A DNA stretch of 64,000 bases from an uncultured Planctomycetaceae bacterium (lineage in GTDB: Bacteria > Planctomycetota > Planctomycetia > Planctomycetales > Planctomycetaceae), in NCBI GenBank assembly GCA_963976765.1, contig CAXBME010000001.1, positions 310,001-374,000 of the forward strand. The letters run 5' to 3'. The notes beneath the pieces are model-generated. The model worked only from the letters and a program-made list of their open reading frames with translations. It was not told the DNA's origin and ran no database searches. Below are positions 10,466 to 19,445 of the stretch, piece after piece (positions within the stretch are counted from its first letter, which is position 1; every line of letters starts with the position of its first letter). The position numbers and the translations under genes are program-made.

Positions 10466-10911
10466 CTCAACGAAGGCCTGTTCAAAGCTTGGGGCACCAT
10501 CGCGGTGAGCTCATCCTTGCCGCTCAGGATGAGGTCACGAGCGACAGGGAAGGGCATCGGTCAGTGTATCGTGACTGGCAGAGGCAGGGCACTGACGAAC
10601 CTTCACTGGGAATGTGAGGCGTCTTCAGTCTTCGGGGTTCCAGTGCACTTTCAGGATCCATTTTCAGTGTTCTGCAGGATGCCACCAGATGCCACCAAAG
10701 GAAACAATTGTTATTCCGGGTGCCAGCTCCTGCAAAGAAGCCATGAAAATGGTCTATCGGAAGGAGATTTGTCGCGAAAGCCGCCAGAAGTTGTTTTGCT
10801 TTGCAGGAGTAGCGCGCAAAGAAACGGGCAGAGGGGTTGGAAGCCTCTGCCCGTTTCGTGTCGTACTTCAAACCGAGCCGGGGAAGTCCCGGTGTTCAGT
10901 CTCAGAAAGTA

Positions 10912-11430
10912 TCAATTGCGCGATGGATAGATTCCCACCAGTGCGATGATGTAGTTGAGAACCTGCGAGGGTTCGATGTTATTGACCGGCTGACTCCCGC
11001 CGGTATTTCCACACGTAACGCCCCCGAGATGGGCACCGGCAGTACCGGCAGTTGCGTAGGCCTCAGCCGGGGCGAGGAAATGGTTCGCCGGGGCTGTCAC
11101 AGCTGCCGCATCCGTGTTTACCTGAGCAGCGACCGTGTGACTGTGAGACGGAAGCTGCGCCACGTTGAGAGTGTTGGTTTCTCTACCGAGTTTCTGGCCC
11201 AGCCTTCGACTGGACAGTCCGGGGCCGCTGCCTTCGCCCATGGCTGCTCGGCCCCGAAGGTCGGGCAGCCCAAAAGTCGTTCTTCCGTCGCCACCGTAAA
11301 TTGTGCCGATTAAAGAAAACAAAGCCTCGTTTGAGCTAATCGAGAGTAACTGACCGTGGCACAGAGCCCAGCCGCGTGGAGCAAAATTGCCCGCGAACAT
11401 TTGGATCTGGCCAATAAATGGTTCTGACAT
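10912..11430 (-). CDS. Phage tail-collar domain protein (MdpB-like), copy B
   Basis: MSEPFIGQIQMFAGNFAPRGWALCHGQLLSI...YGGDGRTTFGLPDLRGR...LPSHSH...NYIIALVGIYPSRN. Start moved to ATG 11430, giving 172 aa, the same length as its paralogue. Confidence 0.93.
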   Translation of the reverse strand: MSEPFIGQIQMFAGNFAPRGWALCHGQLLSISSNEALFSLIGTIYGGDGRTTFGLPDLRGRAAMGEGSGPGLSSRRLGQKLGRETNTLNVAQLPSHSHTVAAQVNTDAAAVTAPANHFLAPAEAYATAGTAGAHLGGVTCGNTGGSQPVNNIEPSQVLNYIIALVGIYPSRN

Positions 11431-11532
11431 TTTATGTCCTTTCTGGTCGATGTCCGATGTCTCACGTGAATCCTTCACGGAATTCATGTGCGGGTACGGA
11501 AAGATCATCACGTACCCGGTGCACCTCAACTG

Positions 11533-12051
11533 CTAACTTCGTGACGGGAAAGTTCCCTGAAGTGCGATGATATAATTAATCACCTGTACGGGCTGAATGT
11601 TATCTACCGGCTGGTTTCCGCCGGTATTTCCACACGTAACGCCCCCGAGACTGGCATTGGCGGTACCGTCTGTTGCGTAGGCTTCAGCCGGAGCGAGGAA
11701 GTGGCCATTCGGGTCTGTCGTAGCTGCCGCATCCGTATTTACCTGGACGGATGCGGTGTGGTTGTGAGACGGAAGCTGCGTCACGTTGAGAATGTTGGTT
11801 TCTTTGCCTGTCTTTGCGCCCAGTGCGCGTGGAGTCAGTCCAGGGCCGTTGCCCTCGCCCATCGGAATACGCCCCCGCAGATCAGGAAGCCCGAACGTGG
11901 TCCGTCCGTCGCCGCCGTACGTCGTGCCGAGGATCGAAAACAAAGCCGTGTTCTGAGCGATGGAGAGTAACTGGCCGTCGCAAAATGCCCAGCCACGAGG
12001 AGCGAAATTGCCGCCAAACATGATAACCTGACCGAGGAATGGATCTGCCAT
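11533..12051 (-). CDS. Phage tail-collar domain protein (MdpB-like), copy A
   Basis: MADPFLGQVIMFGGNFAPRGWAFCDGQLLSIAQNTALFSILGTTYGGDGRTTFGLPDLRGR; 172 aa. Confidence 0.95.
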   Translation of the reverse strand: MADPFLGQVIMFGGNFAPRGWAFCDGQLLSIAQNTALFSILGTTYGGDGRTTFGLPDLRGRIPMGEGNGPGLTPRALGAKTGKETNILNVTQLPSHNHTASVQVNTDAAATTDPNGHFLAPAEAYATDGTANASLGGVTCGNTGGNQPVDNIQPVQVINYIIALQGTFPSRS

Positions 12052-12164
12052 GAGTAAGTCCTTTTCAAGGATGCTTCAAAATGAGATTCAGTTGGGTAAT
12101 TCTTTTTGACTTTGACTCTTAATGGCTCAGCAATTGGTGAACTTGTTGCTTTGCCGGAAGCTAC

Positions 12165-12566
12165 TCAGGAAAACACTGCTTCCGCGTAGTGCGTCCCTTG
12201 ATCTGGACCGTAGGTCTGAGTGATGGCCACGGTTACTTGACCGAGTTGCGGATGGTCGATGGTCATCTGGCTGGAATCGAGTGTTCCTCGATCGGCAATC
12301 TCAAACAGCAGAGAAAACGGCTGACGCATTTCTTTCGGACGTGCGTCATGGCGGGGCAGCGCCTGAGCCTGGCATTCCCGCAGCACGAGTCGTGTTTTAC
12401 CGGCCGGGAACGACTGGCCGATGCGCGACTGAAAATACTTGACCTCTACCTGCTTCGCGTCTGAGTCACCCGCGAACAGTTCGTTCACGGAGGCTCCGAT
12501 TCCGGTTCCGGCTACCGCCGAAGTTGCGATAAAATCGCGTCTCCTGATTGGCTCTCGTACATCCAT
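12165..12566 (-). CDS. DUF6916-like protein with Tat signal
   Basis: IRRRDFIATSAVAG Tat-like leader; RQPFSLLF...HPQLG...YAEAVFS matches the small family found beside tail-collar genes. Confidence 0.75.
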   Translation of the reverse strand: MDVREPIRRRDFIATSAVAGTGIGASVNELFAGDSDAKQVEVKYFQSRIGQSFPAGKTRLVLRECQAQALPRHDARPKEMRQPFSLLFEIADRGTLDSSQMTIDHPQLGQVTVAITQTYGPDQGTHYAEAVFS

Positions 12567-12630
12567 CGATGTGCTCCTGAAGAAGAAGTGAATGTGCCTG
12601 TCACGTCATACAGGTATGGGAGTATCTGCG

Positions 12631-12666
12631 GAGTGTGACACTCACTGTACTGATTTTCAAATCAGT
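12631..12666. promoter_or_regulatory. Two perfect palindromes in the divergent promoter region (candidate operators)
   Basis: gagtgt-g-acactc (12631-12643) and actgattt-tc-aaatcagt (12649-12666), between the DUF6916-like and GNAT starts. Confidence 0.4.
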
Positions 12667-12793
12667 CCTCGTTGAATGTGCTGATTGATGTTAGATTGTT
12701 ATTTCATCTGATCAGTCGTTTTGGTTCTGGCATTCGCGATGCATGGGCAAAGCTTGAGACGACAACCGGTATGGCGGACGAAGGCGAAGGTTC

Positions 12794-13255
12794 ATGGCCC
12801 GAAACATTTCTTTGCGTCCGGTTGTTCCACAGGACGACGAGTTCCTGCTACATCTTTACCGCCACACTCACGGACAGACGCTGGCTCGGCTGGGCGAAGA
12901 CCCTCAGATGCAGATGCTCCTGAAGATGCAGTTCTCAGCTCAGCAGCAGCAGTACGCTGCTTATAAAGATGCCGAGTTGCAGATTGTGTTGTCGGATGGT
13001 GAACCGGTTGGATGCTGGTACGTGCAGCGGAAGCCGACCGAATTTCAGATCATTGATGTGGCAATTCTTCCGGAGCATCAGTCAGGGATCGGTCGCGCGC
13101 TCGTGCGAGGCTTTCTGGAAGAAGCTGCTGTCAGAAACGTCGCGGTTCGAGCTCACGTTCTGAAAGCCAATCGCGCCTGGTTCCTGTGGCAACGCATGGG
13201 ATTTCGAATTGTCGGCGATGCGGGAATGCATCACGAGATCCTCTGGTCGCGTTAG
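12794..13255 (+). CDS. GNAT family N-acetyltransferase (tail-collar cluster type)
   Basis: LRPVVPQDDEFL..LY, MQFSAQQQQY, IIDVAILPEHQSGIG and QRMGF. Confidence 0.85.
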   Translation: MARNISLRPVVPQDDEFLLHLYRHTHGQTLARLGEDPQMQMLLKMQFSAQQQQYAAYKDAELQIVLSDGEPVGCWYVQRKPTEFQIIDVAILPEHQSGIGRALVRGFLEEAAVRNVAVRAHVLKANRAWFLWQRMGFRIVGDAGMHHEILWSR

Positions 13256-13356
13256 GATGGCTGCCGGTCTTTTTCAGGACGTGCCACAGGTGGGCTGCGT
13301 GGTCACGACATCGCCCGTCAGATCATTCCGGGGAGCGCGTGGGTCAGCGTCGTCGG

Positions 13357-14337
13357 TTATGACAAACGGAACTCGCCGTTGACGATGTTGTTCGGTTTTC
13401 CGGCCAGAAAATTGCGGATGTTGTCCGCCGTGATCTGCATCATGCGGCGGCGGGCGGCAAGGCTGGACCAGGCCATGTGAGGCGTGATCAGGCAGTTTCT
13501 GGCCGTGAGCAGCGGGTTATCGCTGGTGATCGGCTCGACCGAGGCGACGTCGACTGCGGCTCCGGCCAGCGTGCCGGTGTCAAGTGCTTCGGCGAGTGCG
13601 GCTTCGTCAATCAGCGGTCCGCGAGACGTGTTCAGCAGGAACGCGGACGGTTTCATCCGTGATAGAAAATCGCGGTTGACCATGCCTCTGGAGTTGTCGT
13701 TCAGGCTGCAATGCAGCGAAATAACGTCGGCTTGCGCCGCAATTTCCTCGGTCGTTGCCCACTCAAACGAGTGGTCTTCTGATGAAATCTGACGATGTCG
13801 GCTGGCAGCGAGAATCCGCATTCCGAAGGCACTCCCGATTCGCGCCACCTGCTGACCGATTCGCCCAAAACCGATGACTCCCAGAGTTAAACCGTGGAGT
13901 TCGATCTGCGGCGTTTTCCAGAAGGAGAACGAACCGCAGCTTTCCCACTCACCAGCCCTCACGGCTTCGTCGTGCAGGGCAACCCGGTGGCAGAGTTCGA
14001 GCAGTAATGCAAACGTGAACTGAGCCACCGACGGAGTCCCGTAAGTCGGAACGTTGGCGACGGGAATCCCCTGTTTTGCGGCAGCGGCACTGTCGACGCA
14101 GTCATGCCCGGTTGCTGAAACGCTGATGAATTTCAGATGGGGCAACTGCCCGATAATTTCTGCGGTGAGGCGGGCTTTGTTGGTGATTGCGACGTCAGCC
14201 TCGCTCAGCCGCGGAACGATTTCGTCGGGCGAGCTGGCTGCGTGCAGAGTGACGTCGCCAAGCTGCTCGATTGCCGTCCAGGGATTGTCCCCCGGATTCA
14301 ACGTCGCTCCGTCAAGAATCACTATTCGGGGTGTCAT
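13357..14337 (-). CDS. D-2-hydroxyacid dehydrogenase (glycerate dehydrogenase-like)
   Basis: IVILDGATLNPGD, Rossmann motif GVIGFGRIG, LNTSRGPLIDE and ITPHMAW. Start set at MTPRIV (14337). Confidence 0.92.
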   Translation of the reverse strand: MTPRIVILDGATLNPGDNPWTAIEQLGDVTLHAASSPDEIVPRLSEADVAITNKARLTAEIIGQLPHLKFISVSATGHDCVDSAAAAKQGIPVANVPTYGTPSVAQFTFALLLELCHRVALHDEAVRAGEWESCGSFSFWKTPQIELHGLTLGVIGFGRIGQQVARIGSAFGMRILAASRHRQISSEDHSFEWATTEEIAAQADVISLHCSLNDNSRGMVNRDFLSRMKPSAFLLNTSRGPLIDEAALAEALDTGTLAGAAVDVASVEPITSDNPLLTARNCLITPHMAWSSLAARRRMMQITADNIRNFLAGKPNNIVNGEFRLS

Positions 14338-14341
14338 GCCA

Positions 14342-14527
14342 TCAACCTTTACATTGCAGTTCCGAATCCGTTTCCGAGCTGGAAGAGTCCGCAACGTCGA
14401 CACTCAATTCGACGAGTGATTCTTTCAGCTCGCGAATCGCTCCCGCGGTGACCAGGAGCAAAAGCCCGACCATACCGAGAGCGCCACCAGCCAGCACGAT
14501 TGTCCAGAGAGTCATCCAGGTGGTCAT
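14342..14527 (-). CDS. Small single-TM membrane protein (possible symporter accessory subunit)
   Basis: MTTWMTLWTIVLAGGALGMVGLLLLVTAGAIRELKESL. ATGA overlap with the SSS stop; ends 4 nt before the dehydrogenase start. Confidence 0.7.
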   Translation of the reverse strand: MTTWMTLWTIVLAGGALGMVGLLLLVTAGAIRELKESLVELSVDVADSSSSETDSELQCKG

Positions 14528-16161
14528 TGGTCTGCTCCTTCGCTGGTCATGGATTGCGGAATATTCGACCGGTCGTCGGGCCACAGCATTGAACCCGCAA
14601 CGAATCCCAGGAGCGAAATCGCAAACGTCATCAGCATCAGAATGTTGCTGTTGACCGCGATGGTGGTGTCCATCGCGATGAACAGGGAATTCAGAAACTT
14701 CACACAGGGGTCAAGCCCAAGCACGCCCGTCAGTCCAGCAAGCAGTGCAATGTACGCACCCGCAGAACTTGACCGTGACCAGTAAAGTCCACCGATGACA
14801 ACCGGGAAGACTCCCGCCAGATAGACGGTTCCAGTGATGGCCATGTACTGCCAGAGGTTGCTCGAAATTTCATACCACAAGCCCCAGGTCAGCAGCATGA
14901 TTCCGGTCGCGACGATCGCTACTCGGGTGATCAGGATTCGCTGTTTATTCGTCAGTTGGTTTTTCATCAGCGGAGCGACGACGTCCTGCGTGATCACGCC
15001 GCTCCAGCAGAGCAGGTAGCTGTCGTGCGTCGACATGAAGGCTGCGACCATCCCGGCAGTCACCAGTCCGAGCAATCCTGACGGAATGATCTTCGCCAGG
15101 AACAGCGGCATCGCGGCTTGAGTGTTGACGTCGCCGCCGGACTGCAACGCGGCCTGGAACTGCTCGTTTAAAACGGGGTGCGAGTGGAAAAAGGCGAACG
15201 CGCCGATGCCCCACAACACTGGCAGCGAGCGTCTTGCCAGGAACGGAATCGTGCTGCACAGATAAAGCTGGCGGGCAATTTCGGGAGTCTTCACGGCCAG
15301 CGTTCTCGACACGCCGGTCGGCCAGAGCATCAGGGCAACGGACAGAACGACAAACTGAGCCGTCAGCGTGACAGGTCCAATGCCGTCGTCGAGCTTTGCT
15401 GTCGATGGGTTGTCCGTGGATGTGGGATCGAAGTATCCGTTCTGTACTGTGACGACTTCAGAGAAACCGTCGAAGCCGATCTCGCTGACAACAAACAGCG
15501 TGACGACCACCATCGCCGTCCCAAGAATGACGAACTGAATCAGGTCTGTAATCACGACGGAGATCATCCCGCCCAGAACCGTGTAAAACAGGACGAGTAA
15601 CAGCAGCGCCGTCATGATCAGTTTCAGGCCGACAGGTTCGTGATAGTCGAACGTGCTCACCATCACCTGCTGCAACCAGTCCGGCTCGGTGAAGCCCGTC
15701 ACCGAAACCAGAAACAACGCTCCGGCTTTCAGAAACAGGCCCATGTTCAGCACGCCTGACATGACCATCATCACACCGCCGAGAACTCGAACACCTCGCG
15801 AGTAGCGTTTCTGGTAGAACTCGGGAATCGTCAGCACTCGGGATTCCCGCAGACGATAGACGACGACTCCGGTCAGGCCGATGAAGAGCAGAATGACCAG
15901 TTCGTACAGCGCGAGATACAGCGATGCGTACTGCTGAGTGAAACCCAGTTCGGCCGAGTACATCACGGTGACCAGACCGATTTCGGTGCCGGTCATCGTG
16001 GCCAGAGCGAGCCGAATCCGCAGCGTTCGTCCGGCAACCAGATATCCGGCAATGTTGCCGACGTATCGGTTCGCCCAGATCCCGACGAAGATCGAAATCA
16101 CGAGATAGGCAACGACGATGCCCCAGTCGAGCGACGTGAAGTTGGTCTCGAAAAGTTGCAT
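14524..16161 (-). CDS. Sodium:solute symporter (SSS) family protein
   Basis: LDWGIVVAYL, YLVAGR, YTVLGGMISVVITDLIQF and AAFMSTHDS; many TM segments. Confidence 0.93.
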   Translation of the reverse strand: MQLFETNFTSLDWGIVVAYLVISIFVGIWANRYVGNIAGYLVAGRTLRIRLALATMTGTEIGLVTVMYSAELGFTQQYASLYLALYELVILLFIGLTGVVVYRLRESRVLTIPEFYQKRYSRGVRVLGGVMMVMSGVLNMGLFLKAGALFLVSVTGFTEPDWLQQVMVSTFDYHEPVGLKLIMTALLLLVLFYTVLGGMISVVITDLIQFVILGTAMVVVTLFVVSEIGFDGFSEVVTVQNGYFDPTSTDNPSTAKLDDGIGPVTLTAQFVVLSVALMLWPTGVSRTLAVKTPEIARQLYLCSTIPFLARRSLPVLWGIGAFAFFHSHPVLNEQFQAALQSGGDVNTQAAMPLFLAKIIPSGLLGLVTAGMVAAFMSTHDSYLLCWSGVITQDVVAPLMKNQLTNKQRILITRVAIVATGIMLLTWGLWYEISSNLWQYMAITGTVYLAGVFPVVIGGLYWSRSSSAGAYIALLAGLTGVLGLDPCVKFLNSLFIAMDTTIAVNSNILMLMTFAISLLGFVAGSMLWPDDRSNIPQSMTSEGADQ

Positions 16162-16311
16162 AGCGACGCTCGGAATGATCACAGGCTGCGGACACAAAGT
16201 GTCGCCGCAGGATAGTCCGAGAGCGTTCTGGCGTCAGGCAAGCGAACGAAATCGTGGTGAATCAATTGACTCAGAATGAAATCACAGATCGCAGCCGTTT
16301 CTTGTCTTGAG

Positions 16312-19053
16312 CTACAGCTCGGCCCAGGAAGCGTCCAGTGTGAAGGCGTCGTTGACGTTTTCGCCATCAACAATGTCACCGTCCGACGCGCCGGCGCCCT
16401 GACCGCCACCGCTGACGAGATCGTCGCCAGCATGCCCTTTCACGAAGTCGTCGCCATCTTCACCCATCAGCGTGTCGATGTGGCCTCCGCCAAGCAGCGT
16501 GTCGTCTCCGTCGCCGCCCAGCAGCATGTCACGGCCGGCATTGCCATTGAGCCAGTCGTTGCCGCTCATGCCCGCCAGCGCGTCGTCGCCGTTTCCGCCG
16601 GACAGCGAATCGTTGCCGTTTCCACCGTTGAGCGTGTCATCACCGTCACCACCATCCATCCAGTCGTTGCCGTCTCCTCCAACCAGGCTGTCGTTTCCAC
16701 CGCCGCCGTCCAGCAAATCGTCACCCGCCCCACCAATTAGCGTGTCATCTGCACTACCGCCACGCAGTGTGACGCTTCCGCTGAACGCACTGGCATCAAT
16801 GCGCACGCTGAAGTTGCTGCTCGAGTGATCCATCTGAATCATTTCGATGCCGCTGGTCAGCTCGATCTCTCGGTCAAAGTTCACCTCAGTGTCAGTCAGA
16901 ATTGCCTGATTTTCCATGTTGCCGACCTTGCCAATCAGCAGGTCACGCCCGGCACCTCCGTCAAACGTATCGTTGCCATAGCCGCCGATCAGAGTGTCAC
17001 CGTTTCCGCCCTGGCCAAACAGCCGGTCATCTCCGCCGAGCCCATCCAACAGGTCGTGTCCCGATCCACCGAACAGCAGATCGTCCCCGTCCCCACTGAG
17101 CAGCACATCGTTACCGCCACGGCCATTGAGGACGTCGTTGCCATAGCCTCCGTCAAGCAAATCGTCCTGCATGCCACCGATCAGAGTGTCGAGACCGTCA
17201 GTACCGAACAGCTTCAGGGGAGCATTTAGAGCCTCTGCAGTAACGCTGTCATTCCCCAGGAAGGCATCGACGGAAACATTGCCAGTGAATAATGCGTCCA
17301 TCGCGCTGAGCGTAATCGAGTCGTCGTCGCGCGATCCGTTGATTTTCAGACTTGTCGAAGGGCTGGGAAATTCCAGAACTCGTCCCGCTCCTGAAATCTG
17401 ACTGATACCATCCGCCTCAGTACCGTTGTCATTCAAAATGACTGCGTCCGTTGTGTCGGTAAAACTGAAATACCGTCGGTCAGCAGAAAGGTTGTCGGTA
17501 ACTGGTTCCACTCCGGTGTAGGTGAGTAACGCTCCGTTGATGATCACGCTGCCGTCGGAGTGGCTGGAAAAGGTATGGCTGACGGAACTGACTGATCCAC
17601 CGCCAATAATCAGAGCATCTCCATTCGACTCGTCGCCAGCGTTAAATTCCAGCCCTGAAACTGGGATCGGATTACCACCCGAGAAATTGACGATCAGTCT
17701 ATCGTCACCATCGGTCCCGTTGATTAGCAGTTGCGGCACGTCGGACTGGGGTTGTCGGAAAAGTTCGGTCACTCCCAGTTCGCGGCGAAGTTCCCGAACA
17801 ACCAGATCCTCGGCATCAACGATGACTTCAAAGTATGTCTCGAATGGTTCGCCAGGATCCGGTAAGTCAACGACATATTGAATTGACTGATCCTGATTGA
17901 GCCAGATTGATTTTCCCTGAGATACAGCCAGCCTGATATCAAGATCCCCGTCGCCATCCAGATCTGCCAGAGTAATCTGGGAAGCAGGTCTGTTTCCCAG
18001 AACTTGCCCGCTATCCGTGAAATGGCCAGTTCCATCATTAACAAACACTGTGGGGCCTGCATTGCCATTTCCCAGTGCAGCTACAGCATCTAAATCGCCG
18101 TCTCCATCGAGATCTCCCAGCGTGGCAATCAAACCCTCCCGGCTTCCGAGTCGCTGACCGCTATTCGTGAACGTTCCAGTTCCACTGTTCAACCAGACTT
18201 CCAGGCCATCGTCGGATCGATTTCCCGTGACCAAGGCATCGAGATCGCCGTCGCCATCGACATCACCAAGCGAAAGTGAGCTCATTGGCACACTACCAAT
18301 CCGTTGATTTGTCGCGACAAACGAACCATCGCCCTGATTCTTCCAGATTGCTGCAGGCCCGTGGTCAAGGTCCAGAATCGCGTCGAGATCTCCATCACTA
18401 TCGAGATCATGTAGCTGGACATCGAGGGCGTCGCCGGTGCCAATTGTTAAGGCTGAGCTGGTGAACACGCCAGAGCCATCGTTCATGAGGACGAGGCCTG
18501 GCCCGTCAGGATTAACAATCACCGCATCAACATCACCATCGCCGTCAACGTCGCCGAGATCAACGCCCTCAACTTGCCCCACACCAACGTCGACTCTTGC
18601 AACAGTGAAGTGCCCCAACCCATCGTTGAACATCACCACGTGAGGAAAGCCGTAATCGTTTGTCTGAAATACGTCGAGATCGCCATCTCCATCCAGATCT
18701 GCCACTGCAGTATCTGACGCACTGTGGCCAGCCCCGACAAGCTGCTGCCGTTTCATATTGAAGTTTGAAGCCCCGTCGTTCAACCAGACCGTGCCGCGTT
18801 CATGGCCATTAAGCAGATCGATGTCGCCATCACCATCGAAATCGCCCGACGTTAGCCTATTTTGTGGATAACTGACCGCTTCCAATTCCACAAACGTGGC
18901 TGTTCCGCCGGTGACTGCCGTCAGCAGGAGTCTGGGATCCAGACGCTGAATCTGTGCCGATGTGCTGGCAGTAGTGTGAGGGTGTCGCTTCTGCGAGCCT
19001 CGCCGTCGCCGCGAACCGAAGTGCAGCAACCGTCCTGGTAATTGAACCCGCAT
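16312..19053 (-). CDS. Extracellular adhesin-like protein: LEPRxLL-type N-terminus, 7 FG-GAP repeats, hemolysin-type (RTX) Ca-binding repeats
   Basis: Basic leader ending QRLDPRLLLTA; seven DxDGDGDxD-type repeats; two blocks of GGxGxDxL nonapeptides. Confidence 0.9.
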   Translation of the reverse strand: MRVQLPGRLLHFGSRRRRGSQKRHPHTTASTSAQIQRLDPRLLLTAVTGGTATFVELEAVSYPQNRLTSGDFDGDGDIDLLNGHERGTVWLNDGASNFNMKRQQLVGAGHSASDTAVADLDGDGDLDVFQTNDYGFPHVVMFNDGLGHFTVARVDVGVGQVEGVDLGDVDGDGDVDAVIVNPDGPGLVLMNDGSGVFTSSALTIGTGDALDVQLHDLDSDGDLDAILDLDHGPAAIWKNQGDGSFVATNQRIGSVPMSSLSLGDVDGDGDLDALVTGNRSDDGLEVWLNSGTGTFTNSGQRLGSREGLIATLGDLDGDGDLDAVAALGNGNAGPTVFVNDGTGHFTDSGQVLGNRPASQITLADLDGDGDLDIRLAVSQGKSIWLNQDQSIQYVVDLPDPGEPFETYFEVIVDAEDLVVRELRRELGVTELFRQPQSDVPQLLINGTDGDDRLIVNFSGGNPIPVSGLEFNAGDESNGDALIIGGGSVSSVSHTFSSHSDGSVIINGALLTYTGVEPVTDNLSADRRYFSFTDTTDAVILNDNGTEADGISQISGAGRVLEFPSPSTSLKINGSRDDDSITLSAMDALFTGNVSVDAFLGNDSVTAEALNAPLKLFGTDGLDTLIGGMQDDLLDGGYGNDVLNGRGGNDVLLSGDGDDLLFGGSGHDLLDGLGGDDRLFGQGGNGDTLIGGYGNDTFDGGAGRDLLIGKVGNMENQAILTDTEVNFDREIELTSGIEMIQMDHSSSNFSVRIDASAFSGSVTLRGGSADDTLIGGAGDDLLDGGGGNDSLVGGDGNDWMDGGDGDDTLNGGNGNDSLSGGNGDDALAGMSGNDWLNGNAGRDMLLGGDGDDTLLGGGHIDTLMGEDGDDFVKGHAGDDLVSGGGQGAGASDGDIVDGENVNDAFTLDASWAEL

Positions 19054-19357
19054 TGTTCTGACTCCGTTTCCCTGCCTGAGTCTGGTCCGGCCAGCGACAC
19101 GTTCCCTCGGTCGCACTCGCCGTCAATCCGCTGTATCAACTTTCATCGGCTTCACACTCGCTCGTGCTTTGAGTATTTCCCTCCCGCATGTTCGGATCAG
19201 GTAAAATACACAGTCTTTAATGCTCGGCATTGCGCTCGCCTCTCGGAGCGAAGTCCTTTGTGTTTTGACAGGCGGGAAGCACTTCCCGGTGGTTGTTGCT
19301 GGTTTCCCGCCTTCGCGCAAATGACGAACCGACAAACCTCAATTCGGTAGAACGATC

Positions 19358-19398
19358 AAACGAAAAACCCGATCCCTGCCGAGGCGGGAATCGGGTTT
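19358..19398 (-). terminator. Intrinsic terminator
   Basis: Minus strand reads aaacccgattcccgcc-tc-ggcagggatcgggttt followed by ttcgttt, downstream of 19446..19745. Confidence 0.7.
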
Positions 19399-19445
19399 CA
19401 GTTTTCGGTGGAGCTTCTCAACTTCGAGCTGCTGTCAGCTGGGTA

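Noticed and set aside
10678..10697. Tandem gatgccacca x2 near the edge of the collar module (possible att-like scar)
   Set aside because: No matching copy seen on the other side and no integrase or tRNA; too short to support.
10912..12051. Prophage or tailocin interpretation of the tail-collar genes
   Set aside because: No other phage structural, lysis or integration genes in the window.
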